Positions 10,601-18,443 of a DNA stretch of 64,000 bases are shown here, piece after piece. The notes under the pieces were generated by a model that was not told where the DNA came from, searched no databases, and worked only from the letters and a program-made list of their open reading frames with translations. A program made the translations under genes and the position numbers. The stretch comes from Desulfobacteraceae bacterium (GTDB taxonomy: Bacteria; Desulfobacterota; Desulfobacteria; Desulfobacterales; JAABSP01): NCBI GenBank assembly GCA_011389855.1, contig JAABTM010000003.1:6-64005 (forward strand). Direction: 5' to 3'. The stretch's first letter is position 1. Each line of letters begins with the position of its first letter.

Positions 10601-11350
10601 ATGGACGACCTCGCCGCCGACGCCTTTTTCAATGGAAAGATCACCGTGTTCCAGAGCCGCGACGGCTACCGGTTTTCCATCGACGCCGTGCTGCTCGCCG
10701 CCCATGCCGATCTGCGGCCCGGCGAAAAGGTGGTGGACCTGGGAACCGGCTGCGGCATCGTTTTGCTGATGATGGCCTTCCGTCGGCCCGACATTCGGAT
10801 GGTCGGCGTGGAGATCCAGGAACGCCTCGCGGATATCGCCTCCCTCAACGTCCGGGAAAACAACATGACGGACCGGATCGAGATCGTCCGCGCGGATATT
10901 CGGGAGCTGTCCTCGGGGGCCGTCTCCGGCCCCGTGGATCTCCTGGTCGCCAATCCCCCCTTCCGCAAGGCCCGATCAGGCCGGGTCAATCCCCACCAGG
11001 AGAAAGCGGGCGCCCGCCACGAAGTTTTCATCACCCTCCCGGAGGTCATGGCCGCGGCCCGGCGGCTGCTCCGCACCGGCGGACGCCTGGTCGTCGTCTA
11101 CCCGGCGGATCGGGCCGCCGAAGTCCTGGCGGGGATGGACCGGGCGGGGATCGCGCCCAAATTCTTAAGGACGGTCCATTCCCGGGCCGGAACCGAGGCC
11201 CGGCTGGTCCTCGCGGCCGGGACAAAGGGGGCCCGGCCCGGCGGGCTCCGGATCGCGCCGCCGCTGGCCATTTACAAAGACGACGGCGTTTACACCGACG
11301 AGGTTCAGGCCATGTTCGAGGGTTCGGGCCCTATGGGACCAGGGATTTGA
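10601..11350 (+). CDS. SAM-dependent methyltransferase, tRNA1(Val) m6A37 (YfiC/TrmN6)-like
   Basis: RFSIDAVLLAA, VVDLGTGCGIV (motif I) and ANPPF (motif IV). Confidence 0.75.
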   Translation: MDDLAADAFFNGKITVFQSRDGYRFSIDAVLLAAHADLRPGEKVVDLGTGCGIVLLMMAFRRPDIRMVGVEIQERLADIASLNVRENNMTDRIEIVRADIRELSSGAVSGPVDLLVANPPFRKARSGRVNPHQEKAGARHEVFITLPEVMAAARRLLRTGGRLVVVYPADRAAEVLAGMDRAGIAPKFLRTVHSRAGTEARLVLAAGTKGARPGGLRIAPPLAIYKDDGVYTDEVQAMFEGSGPMGPGI

Positions 11351-12644
11351 TCACCTGACCGGTGATGACCTTGGGGTAGAAAAAGGTGGATTTTCTGGGC
11401 ATGGTCAATCCGCTCTCGGCGATCTCCTTGACCTGGCTCATCCGGGTGGGGTTGATCAAAAAAGCGATGTCGAACGCGTCGTCGGCGACCCCTTCGACGG
11501 CGGCCTCCATGCGGCTGCTGTAGTGGACTCGGGTGTTGTCGTCCAGATCCGCCTGCTCGAATCCGAAGATGTTGACCAGGATCAACTGGGTGAGCACGGC
11601 GACGTCCAGGTTCAGCAGAGGCGCCGGCATCTCGCCGCTCAGCTCCCTTTCCATGACGCCGGGCTTGAGGGTCAACACGTGGAAGTTCGGGTCGTCTTTC
11701 ATGAAAAAGGCCAGGGTGTGGCGCTTCTCCCCCGCTTCCAGGACTTCCTGCAATCTTTCCAGATGTCCTTCCGCCGGCATCGAGGTCGTCTCGAAATACC
11801 GGGGCGCTTCCCGAAGCAGCCGTTCCCGCATTTCCGCGTCGATGCGCCGGAGCAGCCGGTGGGCCGGCAGGATGACCAGGCCGGGGTCCTCCATGCTGGA
11901 CAGGCACATCATCACCGAGTTGGCGGGGTGATCGGCCGGGAATCCGGGGGTGTTTTCCGCCACCCAGTCCCGGTAGACCAGGGCCGTCTCGTACCGATGG
12001 TGGCCGTCGGCGATGTAGATCCGCTTTTCGGCCATGGCGTCGGCGACGAACCCGACGACCATGGGGTCGGTGATGCGCCACATCCGGTGGCGGAACCCGT
12101 CGGTGTCGGTGAAGTCCGTCTCCGGCGCTTTCTTGAGGGCCGCCTCCCGCAGAAATTCCAGCAGGTTCTCCGAATCCGCATAGACCGAAAAGATGGGGCT
12201 GAAATTGGCGTGGCACCGCTTCATCAGGGCCAGCCGCTCCGACTTGATCTTGGAAAAGGTCCGTTCGTGGGGCAGAACGATTCCTTTTTCAAAGGGCTCC
12301 AGCCGAACCGCCGCGATTAGCCCGAACCGGCGGAAGATCTCCTCTCCCATGGGGAAATCGAGGCTGGTCAGGTAGAGCGATGGGACGTCGTCCTGCATGA
12401 GGACGCCTTCCCGCAGCCAGGATGCGTAGCACCCGGCGGCCCGTGCGTGGCAGTCGTCGCCCTCGCAGTCGGCCTCCGTGGGCATGTTGAGGATCAGCCG
12501 GATGATGTTGTTGGGATGGCTGGCGTAAAACGCCGCCTGTTCTTTTGCCGAGATGACGTCGTAGGGCGGGGTCGCCACCCTGGACATATCGTTTATTTTT
12601 TCCGGGTTGTACCGGATCCCCCGAAACGGGGAGACCTCTGCCAT
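11331..12644 (-). CDS. DUF1015 domain protein
   Basis: N-terminus MAEVSPFRGIRYNP is characteristic of DUF1015. Start trimmed to ATG 12644. Confidence 0.85.
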   Translation of the reverse strand: MAEVSPFRGIRYNPEKINDMSRVATPPYDVISAKEQAAFYASHPNNIIRLILNMPTEADCEGDDCHARAAGCYASWLREGVLMQDDVPSLYLTSLDFPMGEEIFRRFGLIAAVRLEPFEKGIVLPHERTFSKIKSERLALMKRCHANFSPIFSVYADSENLLEFLREAALKKAPETDFTDTDGFRHRMWRITDPMVVGFVADAMAEKRIYIADGHHRYETALVYRDWVAENTPGFPADHPANSVMMCLSSMEDPGLVILPAHRLLRRIDAEMRERLLREAPRYFETTSMPAEGHLERLQEVLEAGEKRHTLAFFMKDDPNFHVLTLKPGVMERELSGEMPAPLLNLDVAVLTQLILVNIFGFEQADLDDNTRVHYSSRMEAAVEGVADDAFDIAFLINPTRMSQVKEIAESGLTMPRKSTFFYPKVITGQVIKSLVP

Positions 12645-12779
12645 AATATGGACAGCCTCTCTCTCTGGCGGGTTGGTTAGGGGTTGCCAAAGGTTTGAAC
12701 AGATACTAAAATACGCGGCATTATTCAAGGTATAGTTTGAGAAATGTCGGCTCCGGCCGACTCAGCCAAGGAGGGACGA

Positions 12780-13421
12780 ATGTCGAAAACGGATATCGGA
12801 GTGCCGGAGCCGAACGCCCTCGTATTCGAGGGGGACGGCGCCGTAAAAGGGGCCATCGACTATAGCCGCGAGGTCGCTCTCAGCGCCCATGAATGGTATG
12901 CCCGGGAGCGGAAAGGGAAGCGGAGTTGGGCCAAATGGCTCCGGTTTCTGGCCATCATCGCCACCGCCATCGGGGGCATCATCCCCATTCTCACGGAGAT
13001 TTTCAAGACCGAAACCGGCGTACCGATGTTTTCGCCGGCCTGGTCCAGCGTGGCCCTGGCCGTAGCCGGATCGCTGGTCCTGTCGGACCGGTTTTTCGGG
13101 TGCTCCACCGGCTGGCTCCGGTTCACGGACGCCATGACCCGCATCCGGTTCGCCATCTGCGAATTCGACATGGATTTGATGGACATGAAGGGCGGATGCC
13201 CGGAAGGCTGGCAAACCGATCAGGAGGTCTGCAACGTCATCGCGCGGTGCAAGAAGCTGATGAACGAGGTCAATGCCGTTATCATGACCGAAACCCGGAA
13301 ATGGGACGACGAGTTCCGAAAAGCGATCGAGAAAATCGACGAGGCGGCCAGGAAAGCGGAGAAGGAGCGGCGAGGGGATATCGGAGACGGGAAAGGCGGC
13401 AATGAAGACAAAAAGGCTTGA
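12780..13421 (+). CDS. SLATT-like two-TM protein (putative membrane effector)
   Basis: AAGGAGGG lies 5 nt before ATG 12780. An N-terminal helix is followed by two TM helices (WLRFLAIIATAIGGIIPIL; WSSVALAVAGSLVLS) and a helical, charged tail. The size and layout resemble SLATT domains; an HMM search is needed. Confidence 0.5.
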   Translation: MSKTDIGVPEPNALVFEGDGAVKGAIDYSREVALSAHEWYARERKGKRSWAKWLRFLAIIATAIGGIIPILTEIFKTETGVPMFSPAWSSVALAVAGSLVLSDRFFGCSTGWLRFTDAMTRIRFAICEFDMDLMDMKGGCPEGWQTDQEVCNVIARCKKLMNEVNAVIMTETRKWDDEFRKAIEKIDEAARKAEKERRGDIGDGKGGNEDKKA

Positions 13422-13435
13422 GGGAGCGTAGCGCC

Positions 13436-13584
13436 ATGGACCTTCTTCATGTGTCTGATCTCCATTTTGGAACAGAGGCGGATGCACGGACGTGGTCGGG
13501 CCAGTTGTCCGAAGATTTGGCCAACGGTCTGGGCTGTAAGCGACTGGACGCGCTGATCCTCTCGGGGGATATCGCGACGCGATC
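13436..13584 (+). pseudogene. N-terminal remnant of a calcineurin-like metallophosphoesterase
   Basis: MDLLHVSDLHFG...LDALILSGDIA supplies MPE motifs I and II only. The frame then runs into AT-rich nonsense. Confidence 0.55.
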
Positions 13585-13818
13585 TTGTATGTTGAATTCC
13601 TACATGAAGCTGATGAAAATAGGAAAGAAGAAATCAGGAACATTGTCCATTTTGAATTGCGTGAAGAAGATAATCAGTTGCCTATTACTTGTGGTGCATC
13701 ATGGTATAATAAAAAGGAACGCATTAAATTGGGGGAGCTTGGTAGAAAATTTGCTTATACCCGGGATAGCAATTTTGGATTTCGTTGCGCCAGAATCCAT
13801 CGCCCCCTGCCATCTTAA
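13585..13818 (+). pseudogene. C-terminal remnant of an FGE-sulfatase (SUMF1/FGS)-type domain
   Basis: It ends ..CGASWYNKKERIKLGELGRKFAYTRDSNFGFRCARI, the usual C-terminal GxSW...R...GFRCAR signature. The frame differs from the MPE remnant and no intact N-terminal part is present. Confidence 0.45.
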
Positions 13819-13983
13819 CCACTTTATGCTTGGTCGTCTTTGCGAATGGCTGTCAGAACCGCTGATTACCCTGATGCCGCGGATGAACCAGGATGATCCA
13901 CCCACATCTGCGTCATCATGTCCATCATGATTATCTGCGGTTCTGACATTTTGGCTGTCTGAACCCGGATGGCCGGGATTCAA

Positions 13984-14012
13984 GGATTTTCAGGATGAAT
14001 CTGCTGAAATCC
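13984..14012. promoter_or_regulatory. Imperfect inverted repeat upstream of the yefM-like gene (possible operator)
   Basis: GGATTTTCAG-N10-CTGAAATCC, located 27 nt upstream of ATG 14039. Confidence 0.35.
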
Positions 14013-14038
14013 TGGTTATCCTCCAATAAGGAGATTTT

Positions 14039-14323
14039 ATGCAGAAAATAGAATTCAAGCAGCTAACTCAAGACTGGAACGCCATCTTGAGCAGCGTCAT
14101 CGATGACCAGGAACCTATCACGGTTTCCATGGGAAAAGACAAAGAACTGGTCATCATGGATGCGGAGGATTACAGAAGCTTGATGGAGACTTTCCATCTG
14201 TTGCGCAGCCCGGACAACGCGGCTCGGTTGAGAGAAGGAATGCGCCAACATCAGACGGGCGTGAAAAAAGAGATGATGGACCGCATCCGGCAAATCGCTT
14301 GGCCCGAGGAGGAACTGCGATGA
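14039..14323 (+). CDS. Phd/YefM-family type II antitoxin
   Basis: PITVSMGKDKELVIMDAEDYRSLMETFHLLRSPDNAARL is a classic YefM core. AAGGAG RBS at 14028-14033. Confidence 0.85.
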   Translation: MQKIEFKQLTQDWNAILSSVIDDQEPITVSMGKDKELVIMDAEDYRSLMETFHLLRSPDNAARLREGMRQHQTGVKKEMMDRIRQIAWPEEELR

Positions 14324-14931
14324 GCGAACCGCTGCCCGACAAAACCAAATATACACAGGAAGAATACCTGGCGCTCGAAGACGGGGCCGACTACAAGAGC
14401 GAATACTGTCAGGGCGAAATTTTCGCCATGGCGGGCGGCAGCCGGAATCACAGCGTCATCTGCGTCAACGTCATCCGGCGGCTCAGCGAAGCGGTCGATG
14501 ACAAGGACTGCATTGTTTTCGACGGCAACATGAAACTGGATATCCATAAAGCCAATGCGATCCTGTACCCCGATTCGATGGTGGTGTGCGGAGAGGTTGA
14601 ATTTTATCAAAACAGGACCGACGCCGTCGGAAACCCGTCACTGATCGTGGAGGTGATTTCTCCGAGCACCGAATCCTTCGACCGCGGCAAAAAATTCCAG
14701 CTTTACCGGCGCATCCCGTCATTTCAGGAATACCTGCTCATCTCTCAATATTCGCCGACGGTGGAACGGTTTTTCAAGCAAGCCGAAAACCGTTGGCTCT
14801 ATTCCGTGTCAAATGGGTTGGATGGGCGGGTGGCCATTCAATCTGTCGGGTGTGAACTGTCCCTCGATCATATTTACCGGAAGGTCGCATTCGACGACGC
14901 CAATGGAAACCACCATCCGCAACAAAGATAA
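14320..14931 (+). CDS. Uma2 (DUF820) family endonuclease
   Basis: YTQEEYLALEDGADYKSEYCQGEIFAMAGGSRNHS...PSLIVEVISPST...K..YRRIPSFQEYLLI is a PD-(D/E)xK Uma2 pattern. ATG 14320 overlaps the yefM stop (ATGA). Confidence 0.85.
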   Translation: MSEPLPDKTKYTQEEYLALEDGADYKSEYCQGEIFAMAGGSRNHSVICVNVIRRLSEAVDDKDCIVFDGNMKLDIHKANAILYPDSMVVCGEVEFYQNRTDAVGNPSLIVEVISPSTESFDRGKKFQLYRRIPSFQEYLLISQYSPTVERFFKQAENRWLYSVSNGLDGRVAIQSVGCELSLDHIYRKVAFDDANGNHHPQQR

Positions 14932-14985
14932 ATTCCCATCGGTTCAATGCATTAACAAAAAATGTCCATCGAAAAAACAAGACCA

Positions 14986-15014
14986 TTGACAATTTTACCC
15001 GATCATTTTATATT
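14986..15014 (+). promoter_or_regulatory. Sigma-70-type promoter for the tRNA-Ser gene(s)
   Basis: TTGACA (14986-14991), a 17-nt spacer, then TATATT (15009-15014), about 28 nt upstream of the tRNA 5' end. Confidence 0.6.
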
Positions 15015-15041
15015 ACCCTCCTTGACGCATGGGATCCATGC

Positions 15042-15135
15042 GGAGAGGTGGCCGAGTGGCTGAAGGCCCCGCTCTCGAAAAGCGGTAACCTGGCTAAAAC
15101 CGGGTTCGTGGGTTCGAATCCCACCCTCTCCGCCA
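15042..15135 (+). tRNA. tRNA-Ser (anticodon CGA)
   Basis: Acceptor GGAGAGG/CCTCTCC, anticodon loop CT-CGA-AA, long variable arm, T-arm GTGGGTTCGAATCCCAC and an encoded CCA. Confidence 0.95.
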
Positions 15136-15187
15136 CCCGTGCAGATGCTGTTTTACATAAGGACGCCGGTTTACATAAGAACGCCAG

Positions 15188-15219
15188 GCGTCCGGGGCGC
15201 CGGACGCGCCCCATTTTTT
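15188..15219 (+). terminator. Hairpin plus T-run between the two tRNA-Ser genes
   Basis: GCGTCCGG-GGCG-CCGGACGC followed by GCCCCATTTTTT. Confidence 0.5.
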
Positions 15220-15224
15220 CGTGC

Positions 15225-15318
15225 GGAGAGATGACCGAGTTGGCTGAAGGTGCACGACTGGAAATCGTGTGCGCTGTTAATAGCGGCGCCGAGGGTTCGA
15301 ATCCCTCTCTCTCCGCCA
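15225..15318 (+). tRNA. tRNA-Ser (anticodon GGA)
   Basis: Acceptor GGAGAGA/TCTCTCC, anticodon loop CT-GGA-AA, long variable arm, T-arm GAGGGTTCGAATCCCTC and an encoded CCA. Confidence 0.95.
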
Positions 15319-15355
15319 TTTTTATTTCCTGAGATTTCGGCAAAAAAGCCCCTCC

Positions 15356-17128
15356 ATGTCCTATCTCGTTCTTGCACGCAAATACCGCCCCCAGACCTTC
15401 GACGATGTCGTCAAGCAGGATCATGTCACCCGCACCCTGAAAAACGCCATCGCCTCGGGGCGGGTGGCCCACGCCATCCTGTTTTCCGGCCCCCGGGGCA
15501 CGGGAAAGACCACCGTGGCCCGCATCCTGGCCAAGGCCATGAACTGCGCCAAAGGCCCTGCGGCGACGCCCTGCAACGCGTGCGACTCCTGCCGGGAGAT
15601 CACCGGCGGCAACGCCGCGGATGTTTTCGAGATCGACGGCGCCTCCAACAACGGGGTGGATCACATCCGGGAGCTGCGGGAAAACGCCAAGTACATGCCC
15701 CAGCACAGCCCCTACAAGATCTACATCATCGACGAAGTCCACATGCTCTCCACCCCGGCCTTCAACGCCCTGCTTAAAATCCTGGAAGAGCCCCCGGACC
15801 ACGTCCTTTTCTTTTTCGCCACCACCGAGCCCCACAAGATTCCCATCACCATCATGTCCCGGTGCCAGCGCCACGACCTGCGGCGGATCCCCATCGAGGA
15901 TGTCACGGCCCACATGGCCCACCTCTGCCGGGAGGAGGACGTGGCCATCGACGACGAAAGCCTGTCGCTCATCGCCCGGGAGTCGGGGGGCAGCATGCGG
16001 GACGGGCTGAGCCTCCTGGACCAGGTGATGAGCGCGACGGACGGGGAGATCGCCCATGACGGGGTTCTGGACATCCTCGGCGTAGTGGACCGCCGGGTGC
16101 TCTTCGATCTCTCGGCCGCGATGTTCCGGGGGGATGTGCCCGCCGTGCTGGGCGTCATCGACGACGCCCACGATCATGGCCACAACCTCAAGACGCTCTA
16201 TGCGGACCTCATCGAGCATTTCCGGAATCTCCTGGTGACCAAGCTGGGCAGGGACTCGGACCGGCTGGTGGACGTCCCGGCCCACGAGCGGGGCTGGCTG
16301 AAGGAGCAAGTCAAAAACCTCTCCGACATCTACCTGAGCCGGATGGTGGACGCGCTGCTCAAGGAGGAAACGGCCATAAAGTTTTCGGTCCAGGCCAAGA
16401 TTGCCCTGGAGATGGCCGTCATCCGGATGTTTCAGGTCAAACCGTCCCTGCCCATCGAGGATCTGATCCAAAAACTCGACCGGTTGCGGAACGAAATGGG
16501 CTCGGCCCTGGCGGAACCGCCCCCGACGCCGTTTCAACGGGTCGCTACGCCCGAACCCCAGGTACACGAACCGCCCCCCGCACCGGCGCCGGCCGCGCCG
16601 CCGCAACCGACGCCCGCGCCGCCCCAACCGCCCCCCGAACCGCCGCGCCCCGCCGAGGCGGCGCCGGAATCCCCCCCGGCGGCGCCGCCGCCGGAGGCCG
16701 AAGCCCCGCCCCAGCAACCGCGGGCGGTATTCGATCCCACCGATCCGGACGAAAAAACCTGGGAGAAGCTGATGGCCTGCGTGGCCGACGCGGCGCCGTC
16801 GGTGAGCGGTCCCCTGGGCAAATGCCGGCTCAAGGCGTTGACGGACGACGGGCTTGTCGTCGAGGCGCCGGACAACGGCTTCAACCTGAAGAGGATCAAG
16901 CGGAAGCAGGATAAGATCAAAGCGGCGTGCGAGACGTTTTTTTGCAAAGAGATGACCCTGGACGTCCAGGCCGGGGACGACGCCGGGATTTCCCGGCGGG
17001 AGAAACTGAACCGGGCGGAGCAGGCCCGGCAGGAGGCCCTGGGCCACCCCATGGTGGCGGCGGCCCTGGAGATCTTCCAGGGAAAGCTCATGGATGTCGA
17101 ACTAATAGACCGTACAGAAGGAGGATAA
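15356..17128 (+). CDS. dnaX: DNA polymerase III subunits gamma/tau
   Basis: YRPQTFDDVVKQDHV, GPRGTGKTT, a Zn module CNACDSC, and SRCQRHDLRRI, followed by a Pro-rich linker. Confidence 0.95.
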   Translation: MSYLVLARKYRPQTFDDVVKQDHVTRTLKNAIASGRVAHAILFSGPRGTGKTTVARILAKAMNCAKGPAATPCNACDSCREITGGNAADVFEIDGASNNGVDHIRELRENAKYMPQHSPYKIYIIDEVHMLSTPAFNALLKILEEPPDHVLFFFATTEPHKIPITIMSRCQRHDLRRIPIEDVTAHMAHLCREEDVAIDDESLSLIARESGGSMRDGLSLLDQVMSATDGEIAHDGVLDILGVVDRRVLFDLSAAMFRGDVPAVLGVIDDAHDHGHNLKTLYADLIEHFRNLLVTKLGRDSDRLVDVPAHERGWLKEQVKNLSDIYLSRMVDALLKEETAIKFSVQAKIALEMAVIRMFQVKPSLPIEDLIQKLDRLRNEMGSALAEPPPTPFQRVATPEPQVHEPPPAPAPAAPPQPTPAPPQPPPEPPRPAEAAPESPPAAPPPEAEAPPQQPRAVFDPTDPDEKTWEKLMACVADAAPSVSGPLGKCRLKALTDDGLVVEAPDNGFNLKRIKRKQDKIKAACETFFCKEMTLDVQAGDDAGISRREKLNRAEQARQEALGHPMVAAALEIFQGKLMDVELIDRTEGG

Positions 17129-17132
17129 TGCT

Positions 17133-17444
17133 ATGAAAGGCATGGGAAACATGATGAAGCAGGCCCAGCAGCTCCAGTCCAAAATGATGAAAATGCAGGA
17201 GGAGCTGGGCGACCGAACGGTGGAGAGCGCGTCGGGCGGCGGCATGGTGAATGTCGTGGCCAACGGCAAGCAGCAGATCGTCTCCATCCGGATCGAAAAG
17301 GAAGTGGTGGACCCCGAAGACGTGGAAATGCTCCAGGATCTGATCATGGCGGCGGTCAACGACGCGATCACCAAGTCCCAGGAGATGGTCTCGTCCGAGA
17401 TGGGCAAAATCACCGGCGGCATGAGCATTCCGGGGCTGATGTAA
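17133..17444 (+). CDS. ybaB: YbaB/EbfC nucleoid-associated protein
   Basis: MKGMGNMMKQAQQLQSKMMKMQEEL...GGGMV; conserved dnaX-ybaB-recR order. Confidence 0.95.
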   Translation: MKGMGNMMKQAQQLQSKMMKMQEELGDRTVESASGGGMVNVVANGKQQIVSIRIEKEVVDPEDVEMLQDLIMAAVNDAITKSQEMVSSEMGKITGGMSIPGLM

Positions 17445-18043
17445 TGAACCACTACCCGGCGTCCATCCTGCGGCTGATCACGCATTTTTCCCGGCTGCCG
17501 GGCATCGGGGAGAAGACGGCCGAGCGGCTGGCCATGCACGTGCTCCGGGCGCCGCGGAAAGAGGCCGAGGGGTTGTCGTCCGCCCTCCTCGACCTCAAGG
17601 ACAAGGTCCGGCTCTGCGCCGAGTGCTTCGGGCTGAGCGACACCGAGATTTGCCGCATCTGCGGCGATCCGGGCCGGGAAGCCGGCCTGGTCTGCGTGGT
17701 GGAGCAGCCGGCCGAGATGGTCGCCATCGAACGGGCGGGCGGTTTCAGGGGGAAATACCACATTCTCCAGGGGACCCTTTCGCCCATGAACGGCATCGGA
17801 CCCGATGAGATCCGGATAAAGGAACTCCTGGAGAGGGTGGAAAGCGGCGGCGTGACGGAGATCGTGCTGGCCACGGGCACCAGCGTGGAGGGGGAGGCCA
17901 CGGCCAGCTACATCGCGGAATGCCTCAAACCGCTTCCCGTCAAAATCACCCGCATCGCCTCGGGGGTGCCCATCGGCGGGGATTTGAAATTCGTGGACGG
18001 CATGACCCTCAAACGGGCCATGGAGACCCGGCATGTCCTCTGA
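17444..18043 (+). CDS. recR: Recombination protein RecR
   Basis: LPGIGEKTAERLA (HhH), a C4 zinc finger CAECFGLSDTEICRIC, and a Toprim domain. Confidence 0.97.
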   Translation: MNHYPASILRLITHFSRLPGIGEKTAERLAMHVLRAPRKEAEGLSSALLDLKDKVRLCAECFGLSDTEICRICGDPGREAGLVCVVEQPAEMVAIERAGGFRGKYHILQGTLSPMNGIGPDEIRIKELLERVESGGVTEIVLATGTSVEGEATASYIAECLKPLPVKITRIASGVPIGGDLKFVDGMTLKRAMETRHVL

Positions 18044-18443
18044 ACTCGGGCCCGACGATCTTTTCGACTGCCGGATGTGCGGGGACTGCTGCCGGGGATA
18101 CGGCGGGGCCTTCGTGACCCCTGCGGATGTCCGGGCCATCGCCGACTATATCGGCGCCGACATCAATACCTTCGTGGATCGGTACTGCCAGATGTCCGGC
18201 AGCCGTCCGGTGCTGGCCGAAGGGCCGGACGGGCGGTGCATTTTCTGGGACAAGCTCTGCACCATCCACCCGGTCAAACCGCGGATGTGCCGGCAATGGC
18301 CCTTTATCCGGGCCATCCTTACGGATGTTCAGAACTGGCGGTCCATGGCCGATTCCTGCCCGGGCATGAGGGCGGACGCCCCGGACGACGCCATCCGGCG
18401 CGCCGTTCGTCGGAAACTGGCTGAAACCGGAACCCCCGAATGA
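18033..18443 (+). CDS. YkgJ-family cysteine-cluster protein
   Basis: CRMCGDCCRGYG...C..HP.KP.MCRQWPF is a CxxCxxCC-type zinc/iron-chelating domain. Confidence 0.8.
   Translation: MSSELGPDDLFDCRMCGDCCRGYGGAFVTPADVRAIADYIGADINTFVDRYCQMSGSRPVLAEGPDGRCIFWDKLCTIHPVKPRMCRQWPFIRAILTDVQNWRSMADSCPGMRADAPDDAIRRAVRRKLAETGTPE

Noticed and set aside
16751-16759. The A-run GAAAAAACC in dnaX, considered as a programmed -1 frameshift site for the gamma subunit.
   Set aside because: In the dnaX reading frame it parses as GAA AAA ACC. It is therefore not an X XXY YYZ slippery heptamer, and no obvious downstream stimulatory hairpin was seen.
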